This document shows positions 9,494 through 19,585 of a stretch of DNA of 64,000 nt, one piece after another. The notes beneath the pieces were generated by a model. The model saw only the letters and a list, made by a program, of their open reading frames with translations, made no database searches and was not told the origin of the DNA. Origin of the DNA: Candidatus Latescibacterota bacterium (GTDB lineage: Bacteria; Latescibacterota; UBA2968; GCA-2709665); NCBI GenBank assembly GCA_965116875.1, contig OZ220733.1, forward strand, positions 384,001 to 448,000, given 5' to 3'. Position 1 is the stretch's first letter. Each line of letters starts with the position of its first letter. The position numbers and the translations under genes were made by a program.

Positions 9494-12039
9494 ACACATT
9501 AATCCATCTGGCCGAAACGTGGTGGCCCCTCTACGCGGTACACATGATCGAGATCTCGCTTTTCATTGCTCTGGTGTGGGCCGTGGACCGGTGGCTGACG
9601 CTGGAGACACGGTTTCGATACACGCTTTATCTGCTTGCGCTGGCGAAGGTGTTTGTTCCGCCGGTTTTTGCCATTCCGATACCCTTGTTTCTGGGTTCTC
9701 CACCGGGCGTCGCAGTGGAGGCGGCCGTTAATTCCGGAGTCGTATCCGATGCTGCCGCAGTCTCTCCCGGGCCAGCGACGCCCTTGCCGCTCGCGTTCTA
9801 TCTGTTCTGTGTCTGGATTCTCTCGGTGTCGGTCTGGACCGGGGTGGCGCTGTGGAAGAACGCGGCATTCCGTCGCACGCTGAAATTGGCGACCCCGATT
9901 GACCTGGCAGGCGAGGTTGCATCACTGGATGCGCCGCGCAACCTGGAGGTATATTCCAAATCAGCCCTGCCTTCTCCAATTCTGGTGGGCCTTCTGAAGC
10001 CGCGTTTGTTTCTGCCAACGAGGTGGTCTTCGTGGTCGTCCGAAGAGCTGCGAGGCGTCGTCAGGCACGAATTGTCGCATTTTGAACGACGCGACATCCA
10101 CGTGCTCATTCTGCAGGCCGTCGCAACGGCGCTTTTCTGCGCAAACCCGCTGATCTGGCTGTTGAACCGCCGGTTGATATACCTCCGGGAACTGCGCTGC
10201 GACGAAGCGGTTTTGCAAGAAACCAGGCTGACACCCGCCGAATACGGGCGCCTGTTGCTGGGATTGGTTGACAGCAGATCCGCGCCGCGCGCGCTGACCG
10301 TATTCTTCGCGGATCGGGGAGCGACGCTGAGGAAACGCCTCGAGCACGTCCTCAGCTTCAACGAAAGGCGCATCAAGCCGTCGAAGAGGCATCTGGCTGC
10401 GCTTGTTCTCGTCGGCCTGGCGATTGTGCCGCTCTCGATTCGAGAGGCATATACGCAGGATGACCGTGCCAGTGCGGCGTCGGATTCCTCCGGATCCGTT
10501 ACGGGCAATTCGGACACTGTTGCTGGTGGAGTCCCGATCGACGACGAGGCTGAATTCGAAACGAGGCCCATTACGGTTGGACAACAAAAGAGTTCGGTGG
10601 TTATCAGCGAAATACTGGCGCGATTTGCGAATTCAGGTATGGCGCCTGAAGCAAGTTTCGACGTCACTGTAACCTTGAAAGTACGGGCATACGAGGATGG
10701 CACGGTGTGTGAAATGAAGGTCTTGAATGCCGAAGGACCGGCAGGATTCAAGAACGCCGTAATCGACTCCGTATCGCGAGTGAGATTTGAGCCAGTGAAA
10801 CATGACAGCGAAAATGCGACGGTGTGGTTTACAAAAGAAATCTCATACTACAATTACCCTACGAAAAAGAAACTGCGGACGCCGAATTCTACGAAATTTC
10901 GTGATACCGGCTTGGCAGGCATTCTTGCATCCGACCAGACGGAATCGAAATCCAAACCAGTACGTATCGTTACCCCCGAATATCCCAGAGCGGCGCACAA
11001 GGAGAAGCTGGAAGGTCGTGCCGATACGAATGTCCTGGAATTCTGGTCTGTCGACGTACGACCGGTCATTACGAACTCCGTTCAACCCGTTTATCCAGAC
11101 ACAGCAAGGAAAGCTGGCTTGGCAGGCAACGTGTTCTTGAAGTTAAAGGTCAATGTGGATGGTTCGCCGAGTGACATACGTGTCACCAAAGGTCAACCGG
11201 TATTTGTGAAACCTGCCATCGATGCGATTTCACAGTTCAGGTTCAAACCTGCCGAGCTTGACGGCAAGCCTGTACCCGTCTGGATGACGCACCAGATCAG
11301 TTTTAGACTGCCTAAACAGAAAGCCGCCCCGCCCTCCGACAGTAGCGACGTCGGTGGTGAAGAGGTGTTCGAGTTTTGGGACGTCGACGTAAAACCTGTC
11401 CTCATCCGTTCCGTTGCGCCAGCTTATCCCGACCAAGCATTTAAGGAGGGCTTGTCGGGAAACGTGTTCTTGAAGTTCAAAGTCAACGTGTACGGCTCCG
11501 TGAGTAACGTACGTAACCTCAGAGGTCAAATGATATTTGTGAAGCCCGCGATCGATGCCATTTCACAATTCCGGTTCAAACCTGCGGAACGCGAAGGCAA
11601 ACCTGTCGCGGTGTGGATGACGCGGGCGATCAAGTTTGAATCCACCAGACCAGAAGGCGGACCGGACAACGACAATCTCGAAATCAGCGACAGTCAGGTC
11701 TTTGAGATCTCGGACGTACACGTACAGCCCGTTCTTCTGAACCTGAATGATGTTCGGCCGGATTACCCGGACAAAGCGGAAGAGACGGGCTTGACAGGCA
11801 GAGTGATTATGAAATTCAAGATCAACGTGGATGGCTCCGTGAGCGACGTACACGTACTGGAAGGCGATGAGATATTTCGCAAGCCCGCAATTGATGCAGT
11901 TACTAAATTGAGTTACAAACCGGCTGAACGTAACGACAAACCCGTACCCGTCTGGATGACACTGACTTTTGCGTTCGCGCTTCCTGAAGATCAGGAGGAC
12001 GCGGTTCCCGAAACCGTCGAGCCCGGGGTTGGGAATTAA
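9490..12039 (+). CDS. BlaR1-type M56 metallopeptidase fused to multiple TonB C-terminal domains
   Basis: GTGA overlap with blaI; TM helices; HELSH, NPLIW, RELRCDEAV; three intact YP..A...G..G.V TonB_C repeats plus one degenerate copy. Confidence 0.9.
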   Translation: MNTLIHLAETWWPLYAVHMIEISLFIALVWAVDRWLTLETRFRYTLYLLALAKVFVPPVFAIPIPLFLGSPPGVAVEAAVNSGVVSDAAAVSPGPATPLPLAFYLFCVWILSVSVWTGVALWKNAAFRRTLKLATPIDLAGEVASLDAPRNLEVYSKSALPSPILVGLLKPRLFLPTRWSSWSSEELRGVVRHELSHFERRDIHVLILQAVATALFCANPLIWLLNRRLIYLRELRCDEAVLQETRLTPAEYGRLLLGLVDSRSAPRALTVFFADRGATLRKRLEHVLSFNERRIKPSKRHLAALVLVGLAIVPLSIREAYTQDDRASAASDSSGSVTGNSDTVAGGVPIDDEAEFETRPITVGQQKSSVVISEILARFANSGMAPEASFDVTVTLKVRAYEDGTVCEMKVLNAEGPAGFKNAVIDSVSRVRFEPVKHDSENATVWFTKEISYYNYPTKKKLRTPNSTKFRDTGLAGILASDQTESKSKPVRIVTPEYPRAAHKEKLEGRADTNVLEFWSVDVRPVITNSVQPVYPDTARKAGLAGNVFLKLKVNVDGSPSDIRVTKGQPVFVKPAIDAISQFRFKPAELDGKPVPVWMTHQISFRLPKQKAAPPSDSSDVGGEEVFEFWDVDVKPVLIRSVAPAYPDQAFKEGLSGNVFLKFKVNVYGSVSNVRNLRGQMIFVKPAIDAISQFRFKPAEREGKPVAVWMTRAIKFESTRPEGGPDNDNLEISDSQVFEISDVHVQPVLLNLNDVRPDYPDKAEETGLTGRVIMKFKINVDGSVSDVHVLEGDEIFRKPAIDAVTKLSYKPAERNDKPVPVWMTLTFAFALPEDQEDAVPETVEPGVGN

Positions 12040-12104
12040 CGAGCTACGGCATGTCACGACTGTCCATAACGGCAACCGATCCGGGATTGGTGCGGTTGGC
12101 GTTC

Positions 12105-12416
12105 CCGGGAGCGAGGGCATCCTGCCCTCGGCGGCTGATTCGAGAGAATCTGGCGCCGCCATTTCTGCAACCACGTATTGATTCGGTTAGCGCGAGCCAG
12201 CGCAGGCAATCGCGAACGGTGCAGGCAAGTTGCGGGAATGAGCGAGGGATACCCGAAGCTCCGTACCGAAAAAAAAGCGCGTGAAGTTCGGCGTTTGACA
12301 AATCGTCGCGCAGGATGTCTTCTGCGAACCGGTATCGGGTTTATTGGACGCCTCAGGCTCCCGACGCGAATAGGGTGAGTGACGTGAAGTTCGAGGGCAG
12401 GATGCCCTCGCTCCGG
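12105..12416. repeat. REPIN/MITE-like element bounded by 23-bp perfect inverted repeats
   Basis: GGAGCGAGGGCATCCTGCCCTCG (12108-12130) and its exact reverse complement (12392-12414); each end is itself a hairpin. Confidence 0.75.
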
Positions 12417-12455
12417 ATTCGGTTAGATCACGTCGTGACGGCGGTTAGATTGCCT

Positions 12456-13649
12456 TCAGTAGCAGGTCGGACACCCGCTCATCATCAGGTTATAGTAGAT
12501 CTCCACGCCCGCTCGCAGCTGATCCAGCTCGATCCACTCGTCTGCCGTGTGTCCCTGCGCAATGTCGCCCGGCCCGACGACCACCGCCGGGATCCCCGCA
12601 CGGCTGAAGCTGCTGGCGTCCGTACCGTAACCGACGCCGGCCAGATTGTCCGGCAACCCCATCGAGTTCAGAACACGAGCCACAAGAATGCCGAACGCTT
12701 CCCCTCCGGCCGGATCCAGCGGGCTGTCCACCATATCGGGCGCTTCCTGAACGACCTTCAGACTCGGATTTCTCGCACGAAGTTCCTCCAGCACACCTTC
12801 GACCGCAGGAATGACCGTGTCCGGGTCCTCACCCGGCACCACCCGCCGGTCCACGTGGACCTCGCAGTGTTCCGGTATCATGTTGATCTGTGTACCGCCA
12901 CGTATGAGATTGATGCTGCATTGCGCCCGGCCCGTCAACGGATGTTCTGACGTCAGCCGGGCAATATAACGCTTCTCCAGCGCGCCGATCACTTCCACCA
13001 TCATTCGTATCGCGGACCGACCGCGGGAGGGATCCGAAGAGTGTACCGCCACACCCTCCGTCCGAATCCGCCAGCGTACCACTCCGTTGTGCGCGACTAC
13101 GGCCTGAAGCCGTGTGGGCTCACCCACGATCACACCCGCCGGCCGCCAGTCCAGATCCGGCAACTGTGACGCCACGAACGTGCGTACACCCGTCTTCCCG
13201 ACCTCTTCGTCCAGGGTAAACAGGATCGCCACGTTGTTCGGACCGCTTCGCCGGCTGTATCGCAAAAGCGCCCAGAGCATCGCCGCGCCGGTCCCTTTCG
13301 TATCGCACGTCCCCCGCCCGTACATTCTTCCATCCGCAATCCGCCCCTCGAACGGGTCTACCGTCATCCCGTCCACGCTTACCGTATCGAGGTGGCTCTC
13401 AAACAACAGCCACGGCGCCTGGTCGTTCACCCGGTGAGAGACAAGTAGATTGAATCCCTCCCCCGTGACCGGCAGCCGGCGCGTATCCAGCCCCATCGCT
13501 TCAGCCTGTGCTTCGAGATAGACCGAAAGCGCAAACTCCGCGTCGGGTTTCCCCGAAATCGCGGAGTTCACAGTGTCGAATCCCACCATCGCCTGAAGAA
13601 GGGATTCGCAGGTATCATGGGTCCCCGGTGCCGTTGTCTCCCTGCTCAT
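12456..13649 (-). CDS. M20 family metallo-amidohydrolase (ArgE/DapE-like)
   Basis: ESHLDTV, GRGTCDTKG, DEE, GEPT, G.A.HSS.P, GGTQINMIP, GPGDIAQGHTADE. Confidence 0.92.
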   Translation of the reverse strand: MSRETTAPGTHDTCESLLQAMVGFDTVNSAISGKPDAEFALSVYLEAQAEAMGLDTRRLPVTGEGFNLLVSHRVNDQAPWLLFESHLDTVSVDGMTVDPFEGRIADGRMYGRGTCDTKGTGAAMLWALLRYSRRSGPNNVAILFTLDEEVGKTGVRTFVASQLPDLDWRPAGVIVGEPTRLQAVVAHNGVVRWRIRTEGVAVHSSDPSRGRSAIRMMVEVIGALEKRYIARLTSEHPLTGRAQCSINLIRGGTQINMIPEHCEVHVDRRVVPGEDPDTVIPAVEGVLEELRARNPSLKVVQEAPDMVDSPLDPAGGEAFGILVARVLNSMGLPDNLAGVGYGTDASSFSRAGIPAVVVGPGDIAQGHTADEWIELDQLRAGVEIYYNLMMSGCPTCY

Positions 13650-14683
13650 CGCCAGCGTTCCTCGAATACCGAAATTGCGGTACGAGCCGCCAGCATGGAC
13701 GTCTCCACGCGTTCCCGGTAACCGCCCTTCATCGTCATCCCGGTCTCAATCGTGAACGAGGGACCGTATCTGTTCGCTCCGTAGTCCGCCAGATTCAACC
13801 CCTCGCCGCGTTCCGCTGCGATCAGCCAGAGTACGCCGCGCTCCGGCGTCTCGAAAAATGGACCCGGCGCGTACCCCTGAGGCGCAAGCTGCGCACCCGA
13901 ATGGGCAACGGCCCGAATCATCGAATCGGCCATTCGTTTTTCCCACGTCTCGTCGTCGTCATTTCGCTGGTGGCGCGCCGAGAACCAGAAACCGTTGCCG
14001 CCATACTCGTGCAGGTCCAGCGTAAGGCCCGGTTTGATCCGCGCCATCAGATTTCGCGCACACAGGGACTCGACCGGCGCCCACGGCGTATCGTGAAACC
14101 GGTTGATGTGCAAAACCTCTCCTTCCGGGCTGACGATCAGGGTATAGGCCCTCTGGCAGGGGGCCGTGCCTTCGATGCCGGCCTCGCTCGAAGGATAGAA
14201 GATCCTTCGTCCAAACAGGGGTTTCAGAAACTCCGCGCCCACCTCAAAACGCCCGAGAAGACCCGTGGTGGAATACCCGTACTCACCGATAATCGCGAGA
14301 ACCGTCTCGTCCTGTTCGTAGAGTACCTCGCCACGCGTCTTCAGAAATGTCCGAACGTCCTCGACAGCGTCCACCCGGGGTTCCTCGCCTACGCTCAGAC
14401 TCAACGCGTACCCGTACCCGTTCATCCCCATGGGATCGCGACAGGGAATCACGTAGACCTGATGTTCGGTGTCCAGCTCCTCCAGTAGCCCGAGTGCTGA
14501 TCCAACGCCTGCCTGTTCGGTGGAATGGCTGCCCGCGCTGATGAATATCGCCGGCAGTTTCTCTCCCCCGGTTCTCAGGCACACGACCGGCGCTTTGTCC
14601 GGCGCACATCCCAGTATTTCCGGGCGAAAGCCCTGTGTCTCGACGTAACTCAACAGATCCGAATATCGATCGAAAATCTGCAT
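13646..14683 (-). CDS. M14-like zinc carboxypeptidase/deacylase
   Basis: SAGSHSTE (HxxE), IPCRDP.G, INR, LDLHE, FTIET; ATGA overlap with the M20 gene. Confidence 0.7.
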   Translation of the reverse strand: MQIFDRYSDLLSYVETQGFRPEILGCAPDKAPVVCLRTGGEKLPAIFISAGSHSTEQAGVGSALGLLEELDTEHQVYVIPCRDPMGMNGYGYALSLSVGEEPRVDAVEDVRTFLKTRGEVLYEQDETVLAIIGEYGYSTTGLLGRFEVGAEFLKPLFGRRIFYPSSEAGIEGTAPCQRAYTLIVSPEGEVLHINRFHDTPWAPVESLCARNLMARIKPGLTLDLHEYGGNGFWFSARHQRNDDDETWEKRMADSMIRAVAHSGAQLAPQGYAPGPFFETPERGVLWLIAAERGEGLNLADYGANRYGPSFTIETGMTMKGGYRERVETSMLAARTAISVFEERWR

Positions 14684-14754
14684 TCTATCCCTCCCATTTG
14701 CGTCCCTACCGGCAAGTCCGATTTCTCCAGTGAAACGGTCTGCGCCCCGTCGTC

Positions 14755-17736
14755 TCAGGTCTCCGCACCTGCCCAGCCGGAATTCAATATCGTGACCGTT
14801 TCGGACGGAATCGCAGGATAGTCCCGCACGGTTATTGCGTCTTCCGTGGCCGATTCAATCTCGAAACCCGTTTGAGGCGCTTCACCGGCAAGCAGATAGG
14901 AACCTGCGATGCTTCCGGGATCGGGCACTGGCTCCGCAAGAAGGAATGTTCGGCCGCTCACGGACCGAACCTTCAGCGTCGTACTTGCCGCCCGCAGCGA
15001 GATTGACAGATCGCCGCAGTTCAACTCCGTTCCGTTCAACAGATACGCCCGCACGGCGCGACCCTGCTCGTCCACCGATGCGAATCCGAATCGACCCGAC
15101 AGACGTACCGGACCATACTGGCGCTGTTCCTGGTCCATCGAAGAAATGATGTAATCGGTTCGGCTGGCGAAATTGACCTCTATGGCCACTGCGCCGGACT
15201 CCGGGTCGTCTTCAATCAGACGCGCACTGACAACCGGCGAGCTTCCGTCTATGAAAGGTACGATTATCGCGGCGAATTGGCTTGAGAGCGGCATCCCGTC
15301 GTCAGCAGCGCTGTTTTCCGCCAATACGTGTCCGATGGACGGCTGTTTCAATTCTTCCGTTGTGAATATCCGCCAGCCCGGTGCATCGGCGATCACCATT
15401 CGCTGCGGCGTGTTGAGCACCATCAAGTCCAGATTCACGCCGCGATGTTGCCACGTAAACGTCACGGGTTTCTCAGGCGAAACCCCCCGCGGATTCTCAA
15501 GCCACTCGGCCCAGACATCCGAGAGTCTTCCCGAATCGTACGTGGAAAGATCGGGCACGCCGCCCGCGAGCGCTCCGTTGCAGTGAAAGCCGTACTGATG
15601 GGTTCGCCCACCTCTGACCCGGAAAATGTCAACGACATAACTCCCGTCTTCCGGCGCATCCACCAGAGCGCAGACACGCTGGTAGACGTCGCACTGCGGA
15701 TAGACGTTTACGCCCGATGCCTGCACCACCTCGATACCCGGCGCCAAACCGAAGAGCTCCAGATTGGACCCGCACTCGCTTCGCCCCTGGTCTTCTTCGT
15801 CGACAACCACCAGATTGTGAGAAAGCGTGCTCCGCATCCATCTCTGTCCGCTCCTGCCGTCGGGGAGGCGCTGATCGCTGCCGGAAAAATACCCGCGATC
15901 CGATACCATTTCCTCTCCGTTCGCGTACAGGCTCAAACTCAATACATCCTGATGACGATGACCCGTCTGCACCGTCCACTGATGTTCATTGCCGTTCAGA
16001 TAAAGGGCGGTGTCGTTCGCATCCCGACCGCCGCGCAATACCCCGACATGCCATCCCGGAAACCACTCGGAACGCAGCGGCAACTCGGCCGCGGCCGCGC
16101 GAAGATCGGAGGGACGATACCACAACGCAAATTCGCTCCCCTTCCTGGACAATTCCTCACCCTGTACAACCTCCAGCAACCCGGCGTACGGGCCGCCAAC
16201 ATGGGCTGCCAGTATTTCGACGGAAAGAAGGTCGGCCCCGGCAGCGTATTGCGTATCTCCAATCACAGGCATCCGGTTTCCCGGGGCCAGCGATCTGACC
16301 AGTGACACCAGCGAATCATGGAAACGACCGCTGGAGAACATGTCCAGTGAATCGATCCGCTCTCCTTCATCGGGTACGTAACCGGGCGGGTCGCTGTATC
16401 CATGCAGCAGGTCGGCCAGTTCGTGCACGTTTGAAAGGTTGTGGGCCGAATAGGACGGACATTCGGCGTAGAATCCATCGTGGTGGTAGCGCTCATCCAG
16501 CATCCGGTGGAAGCCGTCCAGCGCGCGACGGACGCGGTCCGGCCGCCCGAAGAGCATCCCTGCGCCGGCGCTCAATACGAAGACGGTCGTGCCCTTGTTG
16601 GAGAGTGAGTTCCAGTGTTCCATATCTGCACACCCGGCCAGGATCAAGTCATCCACGATGCGGCGCTCCGTGACTTCATCCAGAACGCGGCGACCGCCCG
16701 GATACGCGGCTTCGCGAATCAGGTCATACGCGACGAGCATTGAGAAGAGCGGACCGGCGTCGCTTCCTTTCCCGTGTACGCGCAGGCGCCCCGCGCCCCA
16801 GAATCCGTTGTTCAGCGTGGAATGCGTTTCATACTGATGCAAGCCGTACGCGTGCCGTATCGCACCCGGTGGAAAGCGCCCGCCCGCCGGACCACCCGCC
16901 AACTCCTCCCCGCCCATATTGGCCGCCACTTCCGCGGGCGGCAGATCCGCGATACTGCCATCGTACGAATGGTAGAGGTAATTCGGATAGACACGAGCGA
17001 ATCGGTCCAGAATCCAGGCCACCCGTTCAGCGTACCTCGCCTCGCCTGAAACCGCGTACAACTTCGCCAGCGTCAACGCCTGATCCGTTGCCCAGCCCAC
17101 TTTGCAATCTCGAATATGCCCGGTGAAACTCGTCATCGTTGGACGTTCACCGAGCCACTTGAGCGCATGTTTCTCCCTGTTTTCGGGGTCGGCCACTTCT
17201 CCAGGCGTCTGGTAATACGTAAACCGCTGCCCCATACGGGGACATTCCAGAACGCCGGTTTCAGGATACCGCGCATTCGGGTAAACCGTCCCGCAGACAC
17301 TGCACGAGATTTCATCAGGACGCTCTATGGTCCAGTTGAACCGCCCGCCACCCATCAGCGACAGCTTCCCCACGCAGTGGGGGCAGTTCTGGCCATAATG
17401 GGTTCCGGGCGTCAACTCCGGAATCAGCACATCGAAAAACCCGCGGTCCTGCCGCATCGCCAGCGCGACGTCTCTCTCCCACCCCTCCACGACTCCCTTC
17501 GCCCAATCGTAGCGCGCCACGTTTCGGCGAGCATTTTCAATATCCGCGGATTTGTACGACGTCCGGGGACCGGCGCACGCGCTTCTGGATGCCGCCAGCA
17601 GTATCGCGGGAAGGATGAACAGGAACACGAGAATGTGGATTCTCAAGAACCACAAGTCGATCATCGCCGACTGCATGCCCGGTATCGCAACTGCCCATGC
17701 CATCGACCCCAGACCTGAGAGATTCAACTGCCACAT
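14755..17736 (-). CDS. Heparinase II/III-like polysaccharide lyase with N-terminal hydrophobic segment
   Basis: GGAGG RBS; DGFYAE.PSY; GHRHQD; DRGY; SHNLVVVD; YVVDIFRVRGG. Confidence 0.82.
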   Translation of the reverse strand: MWQLNLSGLGSMAWAVAIPGMQSAMIDLWFLRIHILVFLFILPAILLAASRSACAGPRTSYKSADIENARRNVARYDWAKGVVEGWERDVALAMRQDRGFFDVLIPELTPGTHYGQNCPHCVGKLSLMGGGRFNWTIERPDEISCSVCGTVYPNARYPETGVLECPRMGQRFTYYQTPGEVADPENREKHALKWLGERPTMTSFTGHIRDCKVGWATDQALTLAKLYAVSGEARYAERVAWILDRFARVYPNYLYHSYDGSIADLPPAEVAANMGGEELAGGPAGGRFPPGAIRHAYGLHQYETHSTLNNGFWGAGRLRVHGKGSDAGPLFSMLVAYDLIREAAYPGGRRVLDEVTERRIVDDLILAGCADMEHWNSLSNKGTTVFVLSAGAGMLFGRPDRVRRALDGFHRMLDERYHHDGFYAECPSYSAHNLSNVHELADLLHGYSDPPGYVPDEGERIDSLDMFSSGRFHDSLVSLVRSLAPGNRMPVIGDTQYAAGADLLSVEILAAHVGGPYAGLLEVVQGEELSRKGSEFALWYRPSDLRAAAAELPLRSEWFPGWHVGVLRGGRDANDTALYLNGNEHQWTVQTGHRHQDVLSLSLYANGEEMVSDRGYFSGSDQRLPDGRSGQRWMRSTLSHNLVVVDEEDQGRSECGSNLELFGLAPGIEVVQASGVNVYPQCDVYQRVCALVDAPEDGSYVVDIFRVRGGRTHQYGFHCNGALAGGVPDLSTYDSGRLSDVWAEWLENPRGVSPEKPVTFTWQHRGVNLDLMVLNTPQRMVIADAPGWRIFTTEELKQPSIGHVLAENSAADDGMPLSSQFAAIIVPFIDGSSPVVSARLIEDDPESGAVAIEVNFASRTDYIISSMDQEQRQYGPVRLSGRFGFASVDEQGRAVRAYLLNGTELNCGDLSISLRAASTTLKVRSVSGRTFLLAEPVPDPGSIAGSYLLAGEAPQTGFEIESATEDAITVRDYPAIPSETVTILNSGWAGAET

Positions 17737-17747
17737 GACAATTCCTC

Positions 17748-18617
17748 CTATGCGTTGCGGCCGTAGAGCGTGTCCGCCGTCTTTCCCAATATCCAGGCCC
17801 TGTCATCGTCAGCAAGAAAATCCATTGCTTCTTCGATCACGCGGAAGCCAACGGCCTCGCCTCGCTGGGGGTCTTCGGGAAATCCCGTACATCCCAGCAT
17901 CCGTCGGGACCCGAAAGCCTCGTAAACGGCCTTGACGTAAGGATGAACGTCCTCGTGCGGCCACGATTGCGTGGAAATCCCGTCGATCCTCGTGGCCTTC
18001 ACATAGAGATTCGGATACTTCGCGGCCTGAAGCAGGTGGCGAAAACTCCCGCCCGGACCTTCCGAAAGTACGGGCTCCCCCAGGTGATCCACGATCACGT
18101 TTACCTCGGGGAATCGGTCCAGCATCGGTTCAAGCAACGGAATCTGATGGCAGCGACCGAACCATGTGAACGGGACCCCCAGCCTCCTCGCGGTTTCCCA
18201 GAGCGCCGTCTGATCGTCACGAGACAACCACGAGGCGTCCGCATCCTTGATTGGATACAGCCGCATCCCCTGCACCCCGTGCTCGCCGTGGAGCCGTTCC
18301 AGCTTCCCGGCCGCGCCCGGACGTACGGGGTCGATCAGCGCCACGCCGTGCAGGCGATCGGGAAACCGCCGCATGCAGTCGCACATGTAACTGTTGTCGT
18401 ACCCGTGATACATGCATTGAATCAGCACCGTCCGGTCAATATTGTTCTGGTCCATATACCGTATGAGATCCTCGACCAGTCCCGGATATTCCGGCCGATG
18501 GGTCGACATGTCATTGTTGTGAACAAAAGGCGGCGTACCCATCGTCCACACGTGCACGTGAGAGTCGATTCGCACAGGTTCCTCCATTCTGAAAGCGGGC
18601 CCCGTCATCTTCTTCAT
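17748..18617 (-). CDS. Amidohydrolase_2 family protein (sugar lactonase-like)
   Basis: IDSHVHVW, GYDNSY, VIVDHLG, YPNLYVK, AFG..RM. Confidence 0.88.
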   Translation of the reverse strand: MKKMTGPAFRMEEPVRIDSHVHVWTMGTPPFVHNNDMSTHRPEYPGLVEDLIRYMDQNNIDRTVLIQCMYHGYDNSYMCDCMRRFPDRLHGVALIDPVRPGAAGKLERLHGEHGVQGMRLYPIKDADASWLSRDDQTALWETARRLGVPFTWFGRCHQIPLLEPMLDRFPEVNVIVDHLGEPVLSEGPGGSFRHLLQAAKYPNLYVKATRIDGISTQSWPHEDVHPYVKAVYEAFGSRRMLGCTGFPEDPQRGEAVGFRVIEEAMDFLADDDRAWILGKTADTLYGRNA

Positions 18618-19522
18618 CGCGAGTTCTCAAGAACAAGGGAGCACAATGCATCCAGGGTGATCCCTTCCGGGAGCATCCCCGTCCGTGCGCAGGTGTCCTG
18701 GATCGTACCGAGTATCAGCTCGAGATTCAGCCGCGCCGGATGTTCGGGATCGAGGTACTCCTGATCATTGTGGCTGTCCGTTACAATAACAGGAAACCTG
18801 GGCTCGTCAACCCGGAAACGACCCAGCACGTTTTCAATTACGGCACGGTGGTCGTACGGATGAGGAACGTAGGACCATTCGAAGCCGCGCTCGCCAGCGT
18901 GCCCCCGGCGAACCGGTCGGCCGAAAGCCACGGACACCGGCACATTGATGAAATCGCCTTCTCCTTCGATCAGGCGACATTTACGATGGGCCCGGTGGGG
19001 ATAGGGTTCGGCTCCCGCCCATACGCTGTGGTGTCCGGGGAGGACCCGCCCCGGGTTGGACAGGCTGCCCCCGGCGAATCCCAGGTCTTCCAGCACGCCC
19101 GCCGTCTCGTCACTAGCCGAGAAGTAGCCGGCCCTGAAACAGCTGGGCGGACGGCCGATCGCGGATTCCCAGACCTGCATCGCGTCGCTGATGATCCGTA
19201 TCTGTTCTCCGGCTGAATACGCCCCGAGGTCGTACCTGTATTCCCGGTGCCTGAGCTTGTACGGGTGGACATGCAGCCCCAGACATGCGCCGCGGTCCTG
19301 CAAATCCAGGAGCAGGTCTCCGTTCTCAACAGCCACCTCGGGATGCGCAAGAAACGTGACGGGATATCCACACGTTGCCGCCGTCTCCGCATATCCGCGG
19401 ATGGAACGCCCACTCTCCCCATAGTCCGCCGGACCGCTACCGGACATCCGCATTGCAAAGGGCGCCAGGTCTGAACGTGCGGTCTCGCAGTCCATCGTCA
19501 GCAGCACGTAGACCGTCCTCAA
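18614..19522 (-). CDS. Polysaccharide deacetylase (CE4/NodB-like) family protein
   Basis: LLTMDCE, VTFL, LGLHVH, FRAGYF; start codon (TTG) uncertain. Confidence 0.75.
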   Translation of the reverse strand: MRTVYVLLTMDCETARSDLAPFAMRMSGSGPADYGESGRSIRGYAETAATCGYPVTFLAHPEVAVENGDLLLDLQDRGACLGLHVHPYKLRHREYRYDLGAYSAGEQIRIISDAMQVWESAIGRPPSCFRAGYFSASDETAGVLEDLGFAGGSLSNPGRVLPGHHSVWAGAEPYPHRAHRKCRLIEGEGDFINVPVSVAFGRPVRRGHAGERGFEWSYVPHPYDHRAVIENVLGRFRVDEPRFPVIVTDSHNDQEYLDPEHPARLNLELILGTIQDTCARTGMLPEGITLDALCSLVLENSR

Positions 19523-19585
19523 GTCGCACCTCGGCCCAACGCGACACGACTGTTGTCCCTCCTGCGCGGCAAAAATTGCCTGCCC

